Shown here: positions 18,517 to 27,649 of the stretch, in pieces | Layout of the letters: each line of letters opens with the position of its first letter | Position numbering within the stretch: the first letter of the stretch is position 1 | NCBI GenBank assembly: GCA_905372835.1 | Contig: CAJPQK010000001.1 | Location: 360,336-424,335 of the forward strand | Direction of reading: 5' to 3' | Length of the DNA stretch: 64,000 bases | From: Candidatus Saccharimonadota bacterium | GTDB lineage: Bacteria; Patescibacteriota; Saccharimonadia; Saccharimonadales; Saccharimonadaceae | Notes under the pieces: model-generated | What the model saw: only the letters and a program-made list of their open reading frames with translations | Databases searched by the model: none | What the model was told of the DNA's origin: nothing | Program-made: the position numbers and the translations under genes

Positions 18517-18909
18517 ATGTCAACGATTGACCAGCAATTTGTGGAATACATCATTAAATCACTTGTGGAGCATCCGGATGATGTTGTCGTTGAGCGGTTG
18601 ATTGATGAAAAAGGTGTGCTGCTAACACTGACTGTCAACCCTGAGGACTTGGGTCGAGTGATCGGTAAACGCGGCGGCACTGCGCAAAGCGTTCGCACCT
18701 TGTTGCGGGCGTTGGGAACAAAAAATGACGCACGTTACAATTTGAAAATCGTCAACAACGATGGCTTTACTGGCGCGCAGAGTAGTGAAGATGGTGTATC
18801 TTCTGGTTCTGCTGTGGAAAAGCCAACAGAGGAAGCTGTGGAAAGCCAATCTTCCTACGCAGAAAATGCTCGAAAAGAGCTTGCAGAACTAGACGACCTT
18901 GATATATAA
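18517..18909 (+). CDS. KH domain RNA-binding protein (YlqC/UPF0109-like) with acidic C-terminal extension
   Basis: LVEHPDDVVVERLIDEKGVLLTLTVNPEDLGRVIGKRGGTAQSVRTLL contains the GxxG KH motif. GGAGG Shine-Dalgarno. Confidence 0.85.
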   Translation: MSTIDQQFVEYIIKSLVEHPDDVVVERLIDEKGVLLTLTVNPEDLGRVIGKRGGTAQSVRTLLRALGTKNDARYNLKIVNNDGFTGAQSSEDGVSSGSAVEKPTEEAVESQSSYAENARKELAELDDLDI

Positions 18910-18990
18910 TAAACGTAGTTCAAGCACAGACAACATGCGAGAACAGCTCTATGCGAGCAATGGGTAACCATTGAGAGCCTTATTTGTGCT

Positions 18991-19021
18991 AAAAAACCGC
19001 CCCATGATGAGGCGGTTTTTT
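18991..19021. terminator. bidirectional rho-independent terminator
   Basis: AAAAAACCGCC ... GGCGGTTTTTT between the convergent KH-domain gene and the lipoprotein gene. Confidence 0.8.
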
Positions 19022-19041
19022 GGATATTGAGATGGCTTGTT

Positions 19042-19701
19042 CTAGCGTCGTGATCCAGGGATAAGGAGTTCACCACCAGCCTCTGTAGGACGGTCAGGCC
19101 TCACCCAAGAATTGCCATCTTGCACGTACATTCCCTCAGGGAGAGATTTCGTGTTTAGATCATATTGACCTGTTTTATCGTTAAAGGTAACCCAAAACGC
19201 CCCTGACATACCATCCCCTTCGGCATAAGTACCGGTGACTACACTATCAAGCTGAGGAATTGATGTTGCATCTCCCTTCTCGCTTTTAATCGGGACGACA
19301 ACATCATATGATTCTTTGGTCTCATGAAGTTCGTCGAGAAAGATTTTTGTATCATAGGGGTTCCCTTCGTCCTTGACAGTCTTTACCTGTGGGTCACCAA
19401 CAGGCTCTGCGTCAGTTTGCCTACTGTCGGTGTATGGCATAAGGGCCTCAGGAACGTGGCAGGCAAGGAGTACAGCATCTTTTCCTGAGCCATTTATATT
19501 ATTAACATATTGTTCCACGGCAGGCTTGCTAGCTCCGTCAACACCTTCACTGCAGCGAACTCCAACTGATAATTCAACGAGGTATGGTTCTTTTGGTGAA
19601 CAGCCGCCAATACCAAGACTAGTACCAACGATGGCTAATCCTGCGGCAGGCTTAGCGACTTTATCACGCAGAAAGTTAGATTGTTGTAAGGTTTCCTTCA
19701 T
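19042..19701 (-). CDS. hypothetical lipoprotein
   Basis: Signal peptide ending in the lipobox-like LGIGGC. No family recognised. Confidence 0.65.
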   Translation of the reverse strand: MKETLQQSNFLRDKVAKPAAGLAIVGTSLGIGGCSPKEPYLVELSVGVRCSEGVDGASKPAVEQYVNNINGSGKDAVLLACHVPEALMPYTDSRQTDAEPVGDPQVKTVKDEGNPYDTKIFLDELHETKESYDVVVPIKSEKGDATSIPQLDSVVTGTYAEGDGMSGAFWVTFNDKTGQYDLNTKSLPEGMYVQDGNSWVRPDRPTEAGGELLIPGSRR

Positions 19702-19781
19702 AACAAAAACTCCTTTAAATTGTTAGGCATCATTTTACACTAAAATTAGTTTTTAGTCAAGTGTATGCTAAAATTTGAGAG

Positions 19782-20435
19782 ATGAGAAAATTTCAAGTGA
19801 TTACATTGTTTCCAGAAATGTTGACGGGTGTGTTTGGTAGTTCCATGATGTGGAAAGCGCAGAAAGAAGGTTTGGTGAGCCTGGAAACGATTGATTTACG
19901 TGCGTTTGGCCTGGGGCCGCGGCGGCAAGTTGATGACACGCCATATGGTGGCGGTGACGGCATGTTGTTGATGATCGAGCCACTGTGGAACGCGGTGATG
20001 CACGCCAAGAGCCAGGACCCAACTGCTAAAGTAGTCATCATGACGCCACGTGGCACCAGATGGAAGCAGTCGCTGGCGCAAGAATTTTCAGAAGAAGAGC
20101 ACGGTTACATTTTCATCTGTGGACGATATGAAGGGTATGATGAGCGAATCATGGAACTGGTGGATATGGAGCTGAGCGTCGGGGATTATGTGCTGACTGG
20201 CGGCGAGCTACCAGCCATGACTATCATCGACTCTATCGTTCGGCTGCTACCTGGGGTTTTGGGCGGTGAGCAATCAGCGGCGATTGAGAGTTTTTCAGAT
20301 GGCGAGACTTTGGAGTTTCCGCAATACACGCGCCCTGCCGAGTTCAATGGTTTGCGGGTTCCAGAGGTTCTACTGAGCGGCAATCATGCAATGATCGCCA
20401 AGTGGCGTGAAAGCCATTCGAAAAAAGCTGAATAA
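19782..20435 (+). CDS. trmD: tRNA (guanine37-N1)-methyltransferase
   Basis: FQVITLFPEM ... DDTPYGGGDGMLL ... LSGNHAMIAKWR match TrmD. TGcTAAAAT at 19766-19774 lies 7 nt upstream of the ATG. Confidence 0.95.
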   Translation: MRKFQVITLFPEMLTGVFGSSMMWKAQKEGLVSLETIDLRAFGLGPRRQVDDTPYGGGDGMLLMIEPLWNAVMHAKSQDPTAKVVIMTPRGTRWKQSLAQEFSEEEHGYIFICGRYEGYDERIMELVDMELSVGDYVLTGGELPAMTIIDSIVRLLPGVLGGEQSAAIESFSDGETLEFPQYTRPAEFNGLRVPEVLLSGNHAMIAKWRESHSKKAE

Positions 20436-20450
20436 TACTGAGTCAACGGA

Positions 20451-20484
20451 AAATACCGCTACATGAAAAGCAGCGGTATTTTGT
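20451..20484 (+). terminator. rho-independent terminator after trmD
   Basis: AAATACCGCT ... AGCGGTATTT stem followed by TTG TTG. Confidence 0.75.
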
Positions 20485-20645
20485 TGTGGTGGATGGTCGT
20501 AGAGCGAAAGATACGTAATTTGTGGTGTTTATTTTTGTATAGTTCGCTTATGTTTATGGTACGTATATTTTCGTTTTTTTGCAAGTAATTTAGTGAAAAA
20601 TACAACAAACTTGTGGTTATAGGGCTTGCGCATTATAATGAAAGC

Positions 20646-21089
20646 ATGAAAAAGCCGTCAGTCAAACGAATGAGAAAAGAGATTATAAACGTTGGTTTGG
20701 GCCGTTGGGCTGGTTTACTACTAGCAGCGACGTTGCTGGTGACAGTGCTAATGCAGCTATTTGCTTTTGAAAAGTTTCCAGGATTGTTGCAGTTTGCTGG
20801 GTTTACCGAAGTGACGGCAGTGGTGCTCGCGGTGGCATTGGTGTATATGGAAGTGCTGGCATTGCCTTGGCTGATTGGGCTACGGGCGCGATCTTCTGTA
20901 TTGCGGCTAAGTTTTTGCTGCCTGATCATGGCGCTACAGTTACTGACGGTTTTGGTGGTTTTTGCGGATATGCGCGGTATCTCCATATTGTTCAGTGTAT
21001 TATCTCGGCAATCAAGCATGATCGACTTTGTGTGGCTGGCGCTGCTGTGGGCGCTGTTTGGTATTGTCATCAAAATGTCAAAAAAATAA
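20646..21089 (+). CDS. hypothetical membrane protein (4 TM)
   Basis: Start moved to the ATG at 20646 (MKKPSVKRM...), 6 nt downstream of TATAAT (20634-20639). Confidence 0.6.
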   Translation: MKKPSVKRMRKEIINVGLGRWAGLLLAATLLVTVLMQLFAFEKFPGLLQFAGFTEVTAVVLAVALVYMEVLALPWLIGLRARSSVLRLSFCCLIMALQLLTVLVVFADMRGISILFSVLSRQSSMIDFVWLALLWALFGIVIKMSKK

Positions 21090-21125
21090 ATACATCGCGC
21101 TAACGATGTATCGTGAAAATCAATG

Positions 21126-21199
21126 TGGCTGGGGATGAGGGATTCGAACCCCCGATCACGGGACCAGAACCCGCTGCCTTACCGCTTGGCCAATCCCCA
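21126..21199 (-). tRNA. tRNA-Gln (anticodon CTG), CCA encoded
   Basis: The reverse complement folds as acceptor TGGGGAT/ATCCCCA, anticodon stem GCGGG/CCCGT with loop TTCTGGT, T arm GGGGG-TTCGAAT-CCCTC. Confidence 0.92.
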
Positions 21200-21278
21200 A
21201 TGCGTATTTGATTGTACTACAAAACATGGCGTGCTGCAAGCTCTGGATGTGCAGGCTGGCGGATGATACAATGATTGC

Positions 21279-21740
21279 ATGGAAGCAATTGTGAAACTGG
21301 TGGCAGACGGTTTGGTTATACCGGTGGTTTTGATTGGTGCGTACGCATTGCTGTGCAAAGTGCCGAACAACAAAAAATATCAGACATATGCCAGAATGTT
21401 GATGGCAGGCTTGACGGCGTATGTGGTAGCCAAGACGGTGGGGACGTTCTATCAGCCGGAAAGTTTGCGTCCGTTTGAACTGATGGGCGTTGAGCCAGGC
21501 GCAGCCTATCTTAACAATCCTGGGTTTCCTTCGGACCACGCGTTGTTCACTATGGCGATCACCGTGGCAGTATGGTTTGGTACGCGCGATAAGTTGCTAG
21601 CGAGCGTTTGTCTAGTGTTGACACTGCTGGTTGGGATTGGTCGGGTGTTGGCATTGGTGCACACACCACTTGATGTCGCCGGTGGTTTGTTGATAGCGTG
21701 CATCGGTATCATCTGGTACAAACCATTGATAAAGCGTTAG
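21279..21740 (+). CDS. PAP2 superfamily phosphatase (undecaprenyl-diphosphatase-like)
   Basis: FPSDH and RVLALVHTPLDVAGG match the PAP2 motifs. TGaTACAAT at 21264-21272 lies 6 nt upstream of the ATG. Confidence 0.75.
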   Translation: MEAIVKLVADGLVIPVVLIGAYALLCKVPNNKKYQTYARMLMAGLTAYVVAKTVGTFYQPESLRPFELMGVEPGAAYLNNPGFPSDHALFTMAITVAVWFGTRDKLLASVCLVLTLLVGIGRVLALVHTPLDVAGGLLIACIGIIWYKPLIKR

Positions 21741-21802
21741 CATAAATATATTCATAATCTACATTTGCTTTATTGGCAATTTTCATGTAATATTAAGATA
21801 TT

Positions 21803-22294
21803 ATGAAGATTCTCTCAACTATATTTAAAGAGGAAATATCAGATTACTTGTTTAATATGCGAGCAGCAGTGTTTGGTCGTTTGTTGCTGACTGTGGCAGT
21901 GGCAGGGCTGTTGGTGTGGTTGGTTGCAACGGGAATTGACCGAGTTATTTTGGAACCAATCGTTTGTAAAGATGGTGCCAACCAGCTGCTGTGTGGCAAC
22001 AGCACCATGATGGCAGGGCACATCGCCACGGTGATCATGGCTATCATGCTGGTGCCAGTGTTGATATTGTTTGGTGTCAAGCGTCCGCTGGTTGTGGTAT
22101 TGGCAGCAACGATTGCCTTGTGGGGTATTAATTTTTGGCAGGCGCACACCATCGTGGCTGCACTAATTGCGTCATTGACCTATATGGTGGTATACGCCAG
22201 CTTGACATGGCTCAATAGGATTCGCGGCGACGGCGCAGCGATATTGTTGATGATCGTGTTTGTGGTGTTGGCACGAGTTGTCTTGTCTCTGTAA
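21803..22294 (+). CDS. hypothetical membrane protein
   Basis: Four hydrophobic helices. No family recognised. Confidence 0.55.
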   Translation: MKILSTIFKEEISDYLFNMRAAVFGRLLLTVAVAGLLVWLVATGIDRVILEPIVCKDGANQLLCGNSTMMAGHIATVIMAIMLVPVLILFGVKRPLVVVLAATIALWGINFWQAHTIVAALIASLTYMVVYASLTWLNRIRGDGAAILLMIVFVVLARVVLSL

Positions 22295-22312
22295 TCCCTG
22301 TACACTAAGAGT

Positions 22313-23383
22313 ATGGAAATCATTATCATTATTCTCTTAGGTATTATTGTTATGGGGTTGGGTGCGACGTTGTTCGTGCTGCAATCAAAGCTCGGCGAGC
22401 TGAAGCAGCAGTCATCGGTCGAGCTCATCAAAACTGACGTGGTGGAGCTGGGGCGAACTATCGCTAAGCTCAATGAATCAGTCAGCGATAAATTAGAACG
22501 CAGCAACGCTCAGGTACAAACCTCGGTGCAAAAGCAGCTATCGGAAAGCGCCAAGTTGGTGGCGGACGTGACACAGCGGCTGGCGAAGTTGGATGAAACG
22601 AATAAGCGGGTGGTTGACGTGGCGACTGACCTGAAAACCCTGCAGAACGTCCTGCAAAACCCCAAGCAGCGCGGCGTGTTCGGCGAGTTTTACCTGGAGA
22701 GCGTGCTGGACAATGTGCTGCCGGCCAAGCAGTTTCAGATGCAATATCGCTTCAAGGACGGCGAAATTGTCGATGCGGTGATTTTTCTGGACAAGGGGCA
22801 GATTTTGCCAGTGGACAGTAAGTTTAGCTTGGAAAATTACAACCGGATGATCAACGCCGAGACCAAGGCTGAGCGCGAGCTGTGGCTAAATAAGGTGAAG
22901 GCTGACCTCAAGGGTCGCATTGATGAAACCAGTAAATATATTCGGCCGCGTGAGAATACTATGGATTTTGCCTTTATGTTCATTCCATCAGAGTCGCTAT
23001 ATTATGATCTGCTCATCAACAATGTTGGTGCGGGCGGTTCGAGCCGCGATCTTATTGAATACGCCTTTCGTGACAAGCGGGTGATCATCGTCAGTCCGAC
23101 GAGCTTTTTGGCGTACCTACAGACGGTGCTGCAGGGCCTGAGGAGTCTACAAATTGAAGAGCAGGCCAAGGATATTCAGGTGCGTGTCGGCCAGCTGGGT
23201 GTGCATATTAAGAAGTTTGACGAGCTAATGACCAAGATGGGTAAGAGCCTTAGTACGACCGTCGGGCATTATAATAATTCATACAAGGAGCTGGGCAAGA
23301 TTGATAAAGACGTGGTGCGGATCGCTGGTGGTGATCATCAAGCGCAGCCAGAGCTAATCGATCGGCCTGCGCAGGAAGATTAA
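22313..23383 (+). CDS. rmuC: DNA recombination protein RmuC
   Basis: N-terminal TM, coiled-coil, then QRGVFGEFYLESVL and FMFIPSESLYYDL, typical of RmuC. Confidence 0.9.
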   Translation: MEIIIIILLGIIVMGLGATLFVLQSKLGELKQQSSVELIKTDVVELGRTIAKLNESVSDKLERSNAQVQTSVQKQLSESAKLVADVTQRLAKLDETNKRVVDVATDLKTLQNVLQNPKQRGVFGEFYLESVLDNVLPAKQFQMQYRFKDGEIVDAVIFLDKGQILPVDSKFSLENYNRMINAETKAERELWLNKVKADLKGRIDETSKYIRPRENTMDFAFMFIPSESLYYDLLINNVGAGGSSRDLIEYAFRDKRVIIVSPTSFLAYLQTVLQGLRSLQIEEQAKDIQVRVGQLGVHIKKFDELMTKMGKSLSTTVGHYNNSYKELGKIDKDVVRIAGGDHQAQPELIDRPAQED

Positions 23384-23386
23384 AAA

Positions 23387-23412
23387 ATATCCCGCCAAAT
23401 GAGGCGGGATAT
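23387..23412. terminator. hairpin between convergent rmuC and aquaporin genes
   Basis: ATATCCCGCC aaatga GGCGGGATAT, a 10-bp perfect stem with an A-run upstream. Confidence 0.65.
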
Positions 23413-23432
23413 CGTTATAGTAGAACTATGAT

Positions 23433-24371
23433 TTACTCTTCTTCCTTGTTGCGGTAGTTGATGAGTAAGAACAAGTTACCACCCAGGGCTGCACCGATGA
23501 GTGTTGCGACAATTACTTCCAGGCTGAAGCGAGAGTAGTTCTTCTCGTTTTTACCTGGGAATGGGCTATTGCTGCGCACTTGAGTGTCAGTCTTTTCTGT
23601 GACCGCCAAAGCAACAGCTGGGTTGAGTGTTGCGCCTGAGATGTAAATTTCTCGTGGGTATGGACGCTCGCTGTTTTCTGATTGTGCTGCAACTTGGTTA
23701 TCTTGGATCTTGGCTATGACTGATGCACGGACAAATGACGTGATTGAGCCTGATACGACCAAACCGATCATCAATGCCAGACCAATACCAAAGGCTTTGC
23801 CAGTCGTGCTGATCTCTTTGCGGTTCAATGCTGCGGCGACGCCGAACATGAAGACAGCAACACCGATCAGTTCAACCGCAAAGACACTCCATGAGAATGC
23901 AGTGAATTGGTTAAAGCTGAGCGCAAAACCGTTGTTGGTGATTGAGCCGATTAGTACGACTGCTGCCATGGCACCAAGGAATTGTGCACCCCAGTAGAAT
24001 GGTACCAAAGCGGTTTTTAATTTGCGCATTGACCACAAACCGAAAGTAACGGCTGGGTTGACGTGTGCGCCAGAAATACCGCCGATAGCAGTAACGATGA
24101 GCATCAATGCAAAACCAACGTACATTGATGACAGGACGTCCGATGCAAACAGTGCGGTCAGCGTCAAGATGAACGTACCGATGATTTCTGCGATGACGAT
24201 GTTGATTAAGTTGCTTGGTAATGTAGAACCCAATTTGGCGCGCTTGCTTTTGGCCGCAGCAGATTCGGTGACGACTCGTTTGACGGTCGTTTTGGTTTCG
24301 GTCTTAGCTGCAGCAGTTTTCTTTGCCGTAGCTTTAACCGGGGCTTTCTTTGAAGTTTTCTTCGTAGCCAT
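23433..24371 (-). CDS. MIP family channel (aquaporin/glycerol facilitator) with Lys/Ala/Thr-rich N-terminal tail
   Basis: Two NPA boxes (HVNPAVTFG and LNPAVALA). About 50 aa of low-complexity basic N-terminus. AAGGAGGG Shine-Dalgarno. Confidence 0.9.
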   Translation of the reverse strand: MATKKTSKKAPVKATAKKTAAAKTETKTTVKRVVTESAAAKSKRAKLGSTLPSNLINIVIAEIIGTFILTLTALFASDVLSSMYVGFALMLIVTAIGGISGAHVNPAVTFGLWSMRKLKTALVPFYWGAQFLGAMAAVVLIGSITNNGFALSFNQFTAFSWSVFAVELIGVAVFMFGVAAALNRKEISTTGKAFGIGLALMIGLVVSGSITSFVRASVIAKIQDNQVAAQSENSERPYPREIYISGATLNPAVALAVTEKTDTQVRSNSPFPGKNEKNYSRFSLEVIVATLIGAALGGNLFLLINYRNKEEE

Positions 24372-24428
24372 ATTCCCTCCTTAAAGTAGTATCACGACTA
24401 TTATAGCATAATTTGCTATACTGTAGTT

Positions 24429-24665
24429 ATGGGATTATTTGTAAGTCAGAACGACCAGCGCAGTAAACTGCAAGAACGCATTGCGGCGGAACTGCGCGAA
24501 AAGGCGAAAACGTCGAGCTTGCAGGAGAAAGCTAGCTTGGACGGCGTGGAAGATGTGAAATATCTAGAAGGCACAAAACAGACGACAACGTTGGCGTGGG
24601 CGTGGGTTTTGATTGTTATCATGGCGGCAGGGGTTGTCGGTATGTTTTTAATGCAAGGACGATGA
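24429..24665 (+). CDS. hypothetical small tail-anchored membrane protein
   Basis: 78 aa with a C-terminal TM helix. TGcTATACT at 24414-24422 lies 6 nt upstream of the ATG. The stop lies 1 nt before the pheS ATG. Confidence 0.55.
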   Translation: MGLFVSQNDQRSKLQERIAAELREKAKTSSLQEKASLDGVEDVKYLEGTKQTTTLAWAWVLIVIMAAGVVGMFLMQGR

Positions 24666-24666
24666 T

Positions 24667-25710
24667 ATGGAAAAGCTAGATGAAGTTCGATCAGTATTAG
24701 TATCCCGTGTAGCCGAGGCAGCCGAGCCGCGCAGTATCTTGCGGAGTGCGGAGCTGCGGGAACTATATGGCATCATCGCGACGTTGCCGGCCGAGGAGCG
24801 CGGGGCGTTTGGTAAAAAGGTTAATGAATTGAAGCAGGAATTAGAGCGGTTGATCACGGCTCGTGAAGCTGAGCTGTCAAAAGTTGACTTGCCGCCAATT
24901 GACGTGACGGCGCCGATGGACGTCAATGTCCCCCGGCCTGAATTACTGCCGAGTGAGCGGGGTACGATTCACCCATTGATGCGCGAGATCGACCGCATTT
25001 CTGACATTTTCAATCGCATGGGCTTTGTTACGGAAGAGTCGCGTGAAATTGATGATCAATTTCATATGTTTGAGAGTCTGAACTTTCCAAAGGGTCACCC
25101 GGCGCGCGATGATTATGACACGTTCATGACCGAAGAAACTGACGTTAATGGTGATCGTTTAATTGCGCCGGCGCATACCTCAACCATGCAAAACCGCGTG
25201 TTGAAAAAATATCATGACAATTTGGCAAAGGGTGAGGCGATCGCTGCCATCGTGCCCGACCGGGTGTTTCGCAACGAAGATTTGGACGCGCGGCATGAGC
25301 ACACGTTCTACCAAGTCGAGGGCGTGTATGTCGCCAAGGGGGTTAACGTCGGCAACCTGATCGCTACGCTGCAGGAGTTTTTGCAGGAATATTACGGCAA
25401 AAAACTTGATGTGCGCGTCAACCCATTTTATTTCCCGTTCACCGAACCGAGCTTTGAATTTGCGCTGAGCTGCCCGTTCTGTGAGGGCAAAAATCCGGAT
25501 TGTAAGGTTTGTTCGGGCGAAGGCTGGATCGAACTCTTAGGCTGCGGCATGATTCACCCGAATGTGCTGAAAGCTGCTGACATTGATCCGAATGAATACA
25601 CCGGTTTTGCCTTTGGCTGCGGCATTGACCGGCTGGTGATGATGAAATACGGCATCGAGGACGTGCGGCATTTTGAGAGCGGCAAGTTGGATTTTTTGGA
25701 GCAGTTTTAA
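24667..25710 (+). CDS. pheS: phenylalanine--tRNA ligase alpha subunit
   Basis: HPLMREIDRISDIFNRMGF, FPKGHPARD, class II motifs. The C-terminus GFAFGCGIDRLVM is typical of PheS. Confidence 0.96.
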   Translation: MEKLDEVRSVLVSRVAEAAEPRSILRSAELRELYGIIATLPAEERGAFGKKVNELKQELERLITAREAELSKVDLPPIDVTAPMDVNVPRPELLPSERGTIHPLMREIDRISDIFNRMGFVTEESREIDDQFHMFESLNFPKGHPARDDYDTFMTEETDVNGDRLIAPAHTSTMQNRVLKKYHDNLAKGEAIAAIVPDRVFRNEDLDARHEHTFYQVEGVYVAKGVNVGNLIATLQEFLQEYYGKKLDVRVNPFYFPFTEPSFEFALSCPFCEGKNPDCKVCSGEGWIELLGCGMIHPNVLKAADIDPNEYTGFAFGCGIDRLVMMKYGIEDVRHFESGKLDFLEQF

Positions 25711-25833
25711 TGAGCTATTGCGCACACGATAATAGTAGTATCTCAAAAACTTGTAATAAAAGAAGCAGTTCTGTGTGCCGATAGAGAAATTGTTGCAGTG
25801 AGAGAGATCACTAAAAAAGATAGGAGGAGGTAA

Positions 25834-27156
25834 ATGGATACACAACAATTTGACGCACTTATTATTGGTTTTGGCAAAGCTGGCAAGACATTGGCGGTGA
25901 CGCTGGCGAATGCGGGCAAAAAGGTAGCGCTGGTGGAGCGGTCACCAAAGATGTATGGCGGCACCTGTATTAATATTGCTTGTATTCCTACTAAGGTACT
26001 GGTAAGTGCGGCCGAACATCATCAAAGTTTTGATGAGGCGATGACACATAAGACAACGGTAGTGACGCGGTTGAATGAGAAGAACTATCACATGTTGGCG
26101 GATCGTGAAACGGTGAGTGTCATTGAGGGTGAGGCATCGTTCGTAGATGATCACACTGTGAAGGTTGTAGCGGGTGACGACGAGCTAGTAGTGAGTGCAC
26201 CGCAGATTTTTATTAACACCGGTGCGGAATCAATCATCCCAGATATTCCAGGTATTGATAAGCCGTTTGTATATACCAGTACTGAACTGCTGGATAAAAT
26301 GACGCAGCCAAAACATCTAGCTATCATTGGCGGCGGTTATATTGGGTTAGAATTTGCCTCAACTTATGCCAAACTTGGTACAAAAGTAACAGTATTTGAG
26401 AGGGGCGATGCTTTGCTTGCACGTGAAGATCCAGCAATTGCTCGGGCTACTACTGAAGCATTGCAGGCACAGGGTATCGAGATTGTGTTTAGTGTGGATG
26501 TGACAGCGATTAAGGGTGAGTCTACTGCGACGATTCGCACAGTAAATCATGATGATTACGCTGGTTATGATGCGGTTTTGATAGCTACGGGCCGTCGCCC
26601 GGCAACGATGAGCTTGAATTTACCAGCTGCTGGTGTAGCGACGGATGAGCGCGGGGCAATTGTGGTTGATGAAACACTTCGCACTAGTCGGTCGCATATT
26701 TGGGCAATGGGCGATGTAACGGGCGGGCCACAATTTACCTATGCGTCGCTGGATGATTTTCGGATTGTGAGAAGCCAGTTGCTGGGCGATGGTCTGTACA
26801 CTCGCGCCAAACAAAAAACCTTGCCGTACGCGGTCTTTATGCAAACGCCGCTAGGTCGGGTGGGTATGACAGAGGCTGAGGCGCGTGCGACGGGGCGCGA
26901 AATTATCGTAAAAGAGCTGCCTGCTATGGCGATTCCACGCCTGCATGTTGATAATGCTACAACAGGCTTGCTGCGTGCGGTGATTGATGCAAGCACTGAA
27001 CAAATTTTGGGTGCTAGTTTATTGTGTCGTAACTCACCAGAAGTCATTAATATTATCAAAACTGTAATGGATAATGAACTGCCTTATACTGTACTGCGTG
27101 ACCAAATATTCACTCATCCAACGGTGAGTGAGGCATTGAACGATTTATTTGCGTAA
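25834..27156 (+). CDS. class I pyridine nucleotide-disulfide oxidoreductase (RclA/YkgC-like)
   Basis: GFGKAGK dinucleotide fold, redox-active CINIAC within GGTCINIACIPTK, second GGGYIGLE fold, C-terminal dimerisation region ending HPTVSE. Confidence 0.85.
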   Translation: MDTQQFDALIIGFGKAGKTLAVTLANAGKKVALVERSPKMYGGTCINIACIPTKVLVSAAEHHQSFDEAMTHKTTVVTRLNEKNYHMLADRETVSVIEGEASFVDDHTVKVVAGDDELVVSAPQIFINTGAESIIPDIPGIDKPFVYTSTELLDKMTQPKHLAIIGGGYIGLEFASTYAKLGTKVTVFERGDALLAREDPAIARATTEALQAQGIEIVFSVDVTAIKGESTATIRTVNHDDYAGYDAVLIATGRRPATMSLNLPAAGVATDERGAIVVDETLRTSRSHIWAMGDVTGGPQFTYASLDDFRIVRSQLLGDGLYTRAKQKTLPYAVFMQTPLGRVGMTEAEARATGREIIVKELPAMAIPRLHVDNATTGLLRAVIDASTEQILGASLLCRNSPEVINIIKTVMDNELPYTVLRDQIFTHPTVSEALNDLFA

Positions 27157-27165
27157 AGGAGGAGT

Positions 27166-27630
27166 ATGAATCACACAATTTTTGACGACATTGTATCAGG
27201 CAATATGAAATCTTGGAAAGTTTGGGAAGACGAGAAGTTTTTGGCGTTTCTGACGCCATTTCCAAACACGCCAGGTTTTACTGTGGTGATACCAAAACAA
27301 AATCCAGGCGATTATGTCTTTTCTTTGGATGATGAATTGTACGCTGAGATGATGTTGGCGGTGAAAAAGGTTGCCAATATCTTGGAAAAAGCCTTTGATA
27401 CGCCGCGAGTGGCACTGATTTTTGAGGGTACAGGCGTGGCGCATGTTCATGCCAAGTTGGTGCCGCTGCATGGTGATTTGGCGAAGGGAATTGGTTCGGC
27501 AGTGTCACATGAGCAGGCATTTTACGCGGAATATCCGGGTTGGCTGACCACTGCTGATGGTCCAAAAATGGACGACGCCCAGCTGGACGAGATTCAGGCG
27601 CGGATTTTGGCAGCGCAAGAAATAAAATAA
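27166..27630 (+). CDS. HIT family protein with variant histidine triad
   Basis: The layout is typical of HIT hydrolases, but the triad reads AHVHAKLVP (third His replaced by Lys). Confidence 0.7.
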   Translation: MNHTIFDDIVSGNMKSWKVWEDEKFLAFLTPFPNTPGFTVVIPKQNPGDYVFSLDDELYAEMMLAVKKVANILEKAFDTPRVALIFEGTGVAHVHAKLVPLHGDLAKGIGSAVSHEQAFYAEYPGWLTTADGPKMDDAQLDEIQARILAAQEIK

Positions 27631-27649
27631 TTGGAATGAGGAGGTGCCC

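Noticed and set aside
21156-21539. 127-aa minus-strand ORF
   Set aside because: It overlaps both tRNA-Gln and the PAP2 phosphatase gene on the opposite strand. Spurious.
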